NCBI GenBank assembly: GCA_938091905.1
Contig: CALKOM010000001.1
Span: 47,138-111,137, forward strand
DNA: 64,000 bases
Source: an uncultured Verrucomicrobiales bacterium
GTDB lineage: Bacteria; Verrucomicrobiota; Verrucomicrobiia; Verrucomicrobiales; DEV007
Direction of reading: 5' to 3'
Of the stretch, positions 58,747 to 64,000 are shown one piece after another. Within the stretch, counting starts at the first letter, position 1, and each line of letters starts with the position of its first letter. The notes beneath the pieces were generated by a model. The model saw only the letters and a program-made list of their open reading frames with translations, had not been told where the DNA came from and made no database searches. A program made the position numbers and the translations under genes.

Positions 58747-60477
58747 TTATAGGCCTGGCTTCGAAACCGGAGCGGGCCCGCGCGAGGAGACCACACCTTT
58801 CGTTTTCAAACGACGTTTGTAGACCTTGTCAGTGCAGGTGACAAAGAGTGTATCGAGTTCTGGGCCGCCAAAGGCAACATTGGACAGTTTCTTCTTCTCA
58901 GGATGGGGATTGGGGAGAATGAGATGAACGCGGCCTAACTGATCGAGAATTTGCACGCCGAGTTTTGTCGCGACGTAGAGACGACCCTCTTCATCGATGG
59001 TCATCCCGTCTGCGATGCTTTCGGATTCAGCATCTGGACAGTGAAGGTAGCCATAGCGTTGGCCGTGGGTGAGCTTGCCATCCGCCTGGCGTTGATAGGA
59101 ATAGACAAAGGAACTCCGTGAATCAGCGACCCAGACAAAGGCTTGGTCAGCCGTGGTGATGATACCATTGGGGAATTCAAACGGCACGTCAATGGACTGA
59201 GTATTGCCGCTGCTGGTAAAGTGCCAGACTTTCTGAGCCCGTGGCTCGGTGAAATAGCCCGAGCCATCTGCAAGCAGAACAAGGTCATTTGCCGCCATGC
59301 CTTCGAGTAAGGTGCGGCTGGTGCCGTCGGCGTTGTAGTAGGCGAGCTTCTTGGCGCGCATCTGGCAGGCAACCAGGCCACCTTTGCCGTCGGCCATGAG
59401 TCCGTTAGCGCCCCCGGTGTCTTCTGCAAACAAGGAAACAGAGCCATCAAGGCCGACTTTGTGGATCTTGGAGGCAGGCACGTCGCTGAAGAAGACTTCG
59501 CCTTTCGCATTCACGGCTGGGCCCTCGGTGTAGCGGTGCCCTTCACTGACAAGTTGCCAAGTGTCGTTAGGCAAAACCAGGTTCGTCCGGCGTTTGGCCG
59601 GTGTTCCGGCTGCAATGGGTTGCGGATAGTCACGCCAAAGCCAACGCAAGGCATCTGGCATGATAGCGGCTGCGTGCTTGCTATTGTGTCCACCTTCGCC
59701 CCAGACGTGATGGACGTCGTAGCCTGCGAACTTGAGGGCTGCGAGCATGTCTTGGTTGGCGGGCCACCAGCCGCCTGCATAGATATCCAGATCGGAACTT
59801 CCATCCTGGAGATAGACTCGAAGCGGCTTGTTCTCGGTCTTACGAATGAGGGTAGGGTACTCATTACCTCCGCGCAGCCCTACATAAGTACCAATTGTGC
59901 TGAGCACTCGGCGAAAGGCGTCGGGACGTTCCCAGGCGGCTGTGAATGCGCAGATCGCGCCGGAACTGGCTCCGCCAATCGCGCGGTCGTTAGGATCGGT
60001 ACTGAGATTGTAAGACTTACTCACCTCGGGAAGGATTTCTTCGAGAAGAAAGCGTGCGTAGCGATCGCCCAGGCCGTCGTATTCAAAGCTGCGATTGAAT
60101 CGTGGCTGGGTCTTCTCTCCCAAAGCTGGTTTCACCTGGCCGTGGTCGATAAAGATACCGATTGTCATGGGCATGTCGCCAGCATGAATGAGGTTGTCCA
60201 TCGTTGGTATGAGCTTCCATCCCTTGGCTCGATTCAGGCCGTCTTGGATGATGAGACTGCAGGCAGGAATGTTAGATTCGTAGCCTGCCGGAACGTACAC
60301 CCAGTAGTTGCGGGTCGTTCCGGGATAGATGGTGCTTTCCCACGGAAACGGTCCCTTAACTTCTCCAGCAGGTACGCCAGGCTTGGCGACGCTATCGGGA
60401 TGCTCGGGGTAGGTTTCTTTCTGAGCCTGAGCGAGATTGAGGCAAAGAAGCGCGAGAAGAAGTAATAGGGGTTTCAT
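58747..60477 (-). CDS. secreted esterase + SMP-30/gluconolactonase fusion
   Basis: Signal peptide from ATG 60477. Fes-like esterase (RNYWVYVP, NRSFEYD, GASSGA) followed by an SGL propeller (TEGPA, ANGL, PNGI, ADGMTIDEEG). Confidence 0.88.
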   Translation of the reverse strand: MKPLLLLLALLCLNLAQAQKETYPEHPDSVAKPGVPAGEVKGPFPWESTIYPGTTRNYWVYVPAGYESNIPACSLIIQDGLNRAKGWKLIPTMDNLIHAGDMPMTIGIFIDHGQVKPALGEKTQPRFNRSFEYDGLGDRYARFLLEEILPEVSKSYNLSTDPNDRAIGGASSGAICAFTAAWERPDAFRRVLSTIGTYVGLRGGNEYPTLIRKTENKPLRVYLQDGSSDLDIYAGGWWPANQDMLAALKFAGYDVHHVWGEGGHNSKHAAAIMPDALRWLWRDYPQPIAAGTPAKRRTNLVLPNDTWQLVSEGHRYTEGPAVNAKGEVFFSDVPASKIHKVGLDGSVSLFAEDTGGANGLMADGKGGLVACQMRAKKLAYYNADGTSRTLLEGMAANDLVLLADGSGYFTEPRAQKVWHFTSSGNTQSIDVPFEFPNGIITTADQAFVWVADSRSSFVYSYQRQADGKLTHGQRYGYLHCPDAESESIADGMTIDEEGRLYVATKLGVQILDQLGRVHLILPNPHPEKKKLSNVAFGGPELDTLFVTCTDKVYKRRLKTKGVVSSRGPAPVSKPGL

Positions 60478-60565
60478 GAAAGGAGCGTGCAGCATCCAAA
60501 CAGCGGGCACAATCGGAAAGAGAGTTGCATGGGCACACCTCCGGGCCTTGGGTGCTAACCTATCT

Positions 60566-61552
60566 ATGAAACCCGTGGTCAAGGACTTCATCGGCGCGAT
60601 GGCGCAAGGCATCGGGGGTACTGTGCTCGTTATTGGCATCGCGAGTATGTTTCTCGCCCGGCAGCTTTGGTTGGCCGATCTTTTAGTGAATTTTCAAGTA
60701 CACTTTATGGCGTGCTTGCTAGTTTGTCTGTTTTTGCTAGTATTAGTCCGACGTCAATTGACCGCAGCGGCGCTACTCTTGGGAACTCTCGTTCTTGCTC
60801 TCCCTGTCATTCCGTATCTAAAAGTTCCTTTCCGTGGAGAGCCCACGGTGGAGGTGAAGGACGAGGAGAGGGTTTATCGCTTGATGACCTACAATGTGCA
60901 GCAGTCGAACACGCGCTCACAGGATATTGCTGACTACATTTCCACGGAGAGTGTCGATTTCCTTGTCATCATTGAGGCAGATGCGTTCTGGGAGAAGGAG
61001 CTAGAGTTCGAGCTGAAGGATCACTTTCCTCACCGATTTACTAAGCCGAGAGAGGACAAACTTGGCCTATTGTTTTACAGCAAGCATCCTTGGGAGTCGA
61101 TCCGGCTAGTGAGTGATTTCGAGTTCCCAACTGTGGAAGCTACCTTCGCATTGCCCGAAGGCAATATGCGTTTATTAGGCGTGCACCCTTATCCTCCGCT
61201 TACTGCAGGATTGGCTAGGGACAGGAATGCTTTTCTCGCGGAGTTTGGTGATTACGCAGCGGGGCTCTCTGGTAGTGTGCTTGGTGTGGGCGACTTCAAT
61301 CTCACTCCCTGGTCGCCCCATTTCCAAGACCTACTCTCACGAGGTGATCTCCGTGATAGCAGCCTTGGGCGTGGCATTCAGAATACTTGGTACAAGTTCC
61401 CCACCCTGCTCTGTGGCCTCCCCATTGACCACGTTTTGACGCGAGAAATCGCCGTGCGCCATCGCCATATTGGCCCACCGATTGGTTCCGATCATCGAGC
61501 GATTACGGTAGATTTCCTACTGCGGTCCGCCAATCAATCTCCGCATCAATAA
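60566..61552 (+). CDS. membrane-bound endonuclease/exonuclease/phosphatase (EEP) family protein
   Basis: Three N-terminal TM segments; MTYNV, GDFNLTPWS, PIDHVL, GSDH. Confidence 0.88.
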   Translation: MKPVVKDFIGAMAQGIGGTVLVIGIASMFLARQLWLADLLVNFQVHFMACLLVCLFLLVLVRRQLTAAALLLGTLVLALPVIPYLKVPFRGEPTVEVKDEERVYRLMTYNVQQSNTRSQDIADYISTESVDFLVIIEADAFWEKELEFELKDHFPHRFTKPREDKLGLLFYSKHPWESIRLVSDFEFPTVEATFALPEGNMRLLGVHPYPPLTAGLARDRNAFLAEFGDYAAGLSGSVLGVGDFNLTPWSPHFQDLLSRGDLRDSSLGRGIQNTWYKFPTLLCGLPIDHVLTREIAVRHRHIGPPIGSDHRAITVDFLLRSANQSPHQ

Positions 61553-61671
61553 GTCCTACATTTAACCCTGGGGCTTCTCGTTGTGGCTTCACCCGCAGCG
61601 GGGATTTCAGTCGACCTACTAGGGGTGTTGCTGGCAATGCGATCGGTTTCGGGTTAGAAGCTCTTCTTGGT

Positions 61672-62697
61672 ATGCCTTCAATTCCTGACACCCTTGGCAA
61701 CGTTGATGTCCTCGAGGATTGGTTGAGCCGTCCTTCGGCGTCGGCGATGACTGCCTTGGAAGGCACGTCTGGCGACATCCTTGTTCTTGGGGCGGGTGGC
61801 AAGATGGGGCCGACCCTGACGCGGATGGTCAAGCGGGCAGTACCAGATAGACGTGTGATTGCCGTCAGTCGATTCACCGACTCTCATCTGCCTGGCCAGC
61901 TCGAATCTCAGGGAATCGAGGTGATTAAGGGTGATTTGTTAGACGAAGACTTCCTTCAGTCGTTGCCGGATTGTTCGAACGTCTACTACCTTGCCGGCAT
62001 GAAATTTGGGGCCACGGGAAATGAACCTCTCACCTGGGCCATGAATACTTGGTTGCCCGGTAAAGTCTGCCAACGGTTTTCCGAAAGTCAGATTGTAGCG
62101 CTTTCCACTGGAAACGTCTACGGACTAACGAACACGCAGGGGCTTGGCTCCCAAGAGGCGGACGACCTGAACCCAGTCGGGGAATACGCGAATAGCTGTC
62201 TTGGTCGAGAGCGTCTCTTCCAATACTTATCTAGGGTGCAGCAGACACCAGTCATTCTGATTCGATTGAACTATGCCAACGAGTTGCGGTATGGTGTCCT
62301 GATCGATCTTGCTCGCAAAGTGTTATCACAGGAGCCGATCAATTTGGCGATGGGTTGGGTCAATTTGATTTGGCAGGGAGACGCCAATGCGATGATTGCG
62401 GCCGCGATCTCGAAGGCTGCTAGCCCAGCAGTGATCATGAACGTGGCGGGAGCGCCGCACTTGCGTGTGCGCTCTCTTGTTGAACAACTGGGCGAGATCG
62501 CTGGGGTGGACCCGGTCCTTCAGGGCAAAGAAGGTCCTGATGCTCTGCTGAGCGATGCGAGTCTCTCACGGTTGTGGTTTGGGGAACCTGAGGTGCCCAT
62601 TAACGTGATGCTTCAATGGGTCGTGCGGTGGCTTGAGCAGGGTGGCTCGACTCTCGGCAAACCAACAAAGTTTGAGAACCGGAGCGGAAATTTCTAG
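61672..62697 (+). CDS. NAD-dependent epimerase/dehydratase
   Basis: LVLGAGGKMG, AGMKFG, STGNVY, EYANSC, RLNYA. Confidence 0.88.
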   Translation: MPSIPDTLGNVDVLEDWLSRPSASAMTALEGTSGDILVLGAGGKMGPTLTRMVKRAVPDRRVIAVSRFTDSHLPGQLESQGIEVIKGDLLDEDFLQSLPDCSNVYYLAGMKFGATGNEPLTWAMNTWLPGKVCQRFSESQIVALSTGNVYGLTNTQGLGSQEADDLNPVGEYANSCLGRERLFQYLSRVQQTPVILIRLNYANELRYGVLIDLARKVLSQEPINLAMGWVNLIWQGDANAMIAAAISKAASPAVIMNVAGAPHLRVRSLVEQLGEIAGVDPVLQGKEGPDALLSDASLSRLWFGEPEVPINVMLQWVVRWLEQGGSTLGKPTKFENRSGNF

Positions 62698-63734
62698 TGG
62701 AATCGAACAAGCGACGTGCATTGAGAGATGGAATGGTCATACCGGCGCATCCGTTGTGTTTGGACCGCGAACGTCGACTTGATGAACGCCGACAGCGTGC
62801 GCTTTCGCGTTACTATCTCGACGCGGGTGCCGGCGGTCTTGCCATTGGCGTGCACACGACACAATTTGCGATTCGCGACTCTAAGGTGGGCTTGTTAGAA
62901 ACCGTGCTTCAACTTGGAATGGAAGAACTTCATTCCCACGGAGGAACGGCACTTGGCATCGCGGGAATTTGTGGAGATACACCCCAAGCCGTCACTGAAG
63001 CGACTCTGGCTCGCACGCTCGGCTACGATACAGGCCTGCTCAGCTTAGCAGCGATGGAGACTGACGCGTCGATCGATGCTTTAATCGAGCACTGCCGCGT
63101 GGTTGCCGAGATCATTCCGGTGATCGGCTTCTACCTTCAGCCCGCTGTGGGTGGTCGGGTCTTGCCAATCGACTTCTGGCGGGCGTTTGCCCAGATTGAG
63201 CATGTCGTCGCGATCAAGATCGCCCCGTTTAATCGCTACCAAACACTTGATGTCATACGAGCTGTTTGCGAAGTGGGTCGTAATGACCTTGCGCTCTACA
63301 CAGGCAACGATGATAACATTGTTCTGGATCTCCTGACCCCGTTTCGTTTCGATGGAAATGAAAGGCGGATTGTCGGAGGCCTTTTAGGCCACTGGGCGGT
63401 TTGGACGCGGCAGGCGGTGCGATTGAGCATCTATCTCCAAGCAATTGTCAGCGAGAATGTCCCGATTGGAGCAGATCCTCTGGCTCTGAGTGCTGCAGTC
63501 ACTGATTGCAATGCGGCCTTCTTCGATGCTGCGAATGGTTTCGCTGGATGCATCGCTGGCCTTCACGAAGTGCTCCGTCGCCAAGGCCTCCTTGAGGGGA
63601 TCTGGTGCCTGGACTCGAACGAAGGCCTCAGTCCGGGCCAATTAGAAGAGATCGATCGGGTGTATCAGGCATATCCCGACTTGAACGATGACTTGTTCAT
63701 TGCTGAGAACCGAGATCGTTGGTTGAGCGGGTAG
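62697..63734 (+). CDS. dihydrodipicolinate synthase/N-acetylneuraminate lyase-family aldolase (not DapA)
   Basis: IPAHPL, GVHTTQF, FYLQP, Schiff-base Lys in IKIAPF, YTGND. GTG start overlaps the upstream TAG. Confidence 0.85.
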   Translation: MESNKRRALRDGMVIPAHPLCLDRERRLDERRQRALSRYYLDAGAGGLAIGVHTTQFAIRDSKVGLLETVLQLGMEELHSHGGTALGIAGICGDTPQAVTEATLARTLGYDTGLLSLAAMETDASIDALIEHCRVVAEIIPVIGFYLQPAVGGRVLPIDFWRAFAQIEHVVAIKIAPFNRYQTLDVIRAVCEVGRNDLALYTGNDDNIVLDLLTPFRFDGNERRIVGGLLGHWAVWTRQAVRLSIYLQAIVSENVPIGADPLALSAAVTDCNAAFFDAANGFAGCIAGLHEVLRRQGLLEGIWCLDSNEGLSPGQLEEIDRVYQAYPDLNDDLFIAENRDRWLSG

Positions 63735-64000
63735 GGTAGAGGGAGTCGACCGGATCTTCCCCAGGGTATTCGTCTAGGAACGATATCTACCAACCCTTAT
63801 TACCTTGCGATAGCATTATTGTTAGATGCCAGGAGGCGGGAATACTTGCAGTTTTAAACATTAGGGCTAATCCATTAATTCAGATTTTCACCCAAGTGCT
63901 TATAGCCCAGAGGTTTAGAAACGATTCGAAGTGAGAAGCTTTACGCTCGCGGCGGAGTTCCAATCTTGTCCACCGCCCCATTCTAGCAAAGACGTTTTCA

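Noticed and set aside
59461..60465. 334-aa plus-strand ORF and other long shadow ORFs (e.g. 8697-9326, 17354-17977)
   Set aside because: They are antisense to well-supported genes and have no motifs; this is expected from codon bias.
1..64000. Genome-wide UGA reassignment (Trp or Gly) as the explanation for in-frame TGA
   Set aside because: TGA ends many complete genes (2556, 16919, 51025, 54779, and 12917 and 20148 on the minus strand), several in ATGA overlaps, and the Trp codons I read in intact genes are TGG.
63735..64000. AT-richer stretch at the right edge as an ncRNA or mobile-element end
   Set aside because: No recognisable tRNA fold, terminal repeat or ORF; probably intergenic and truncated by the window.

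Overview
Bacterial chromosomal window, most likely Verrucomicrobiota (PVC superphylum). This is inferred from two PEP-CTERM proteins, four DUF1501 genes, three DUF1549/DUF1553 (PSCyt2/PSD1) genes, dapL and a kdsB-pyrG linkage. It mixes intact housekeeping genes (fabF, dapL, gdhA, rfaE1-kdsB-pyrG, ruvB) with secreted or accessory proteins and four decayed loci (about 2.65-5.06 kb, 35.1-37.9 kb, 47.6-47.8 kb and 52.8-53.6 kb). I found no rRNA, tRNA, CRISPR array or mobile element. The standout signal is at 40885-44631 (-). Two adjacent ORFs (an FG-GAP/CRTAC1-like propeller, and an ASPIC/UnbV + thioredoxin CxxC + TPR protein) are in the same frame and separated by a single TGA at 42844-42846. That TGA is immediately followed by a stem-loop with the geometry of a bacterial SECIS and the same GCAGGUC apex as the E. 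coli fdhF SECIS. This points to one exported selenoprotein of about 1248 aa, encoded just downstream of an orphan BlaI/MecI/CopY repressor that has a palindromic candidate operator. All family assignments come from motif recognition by eye; no database searches were run.
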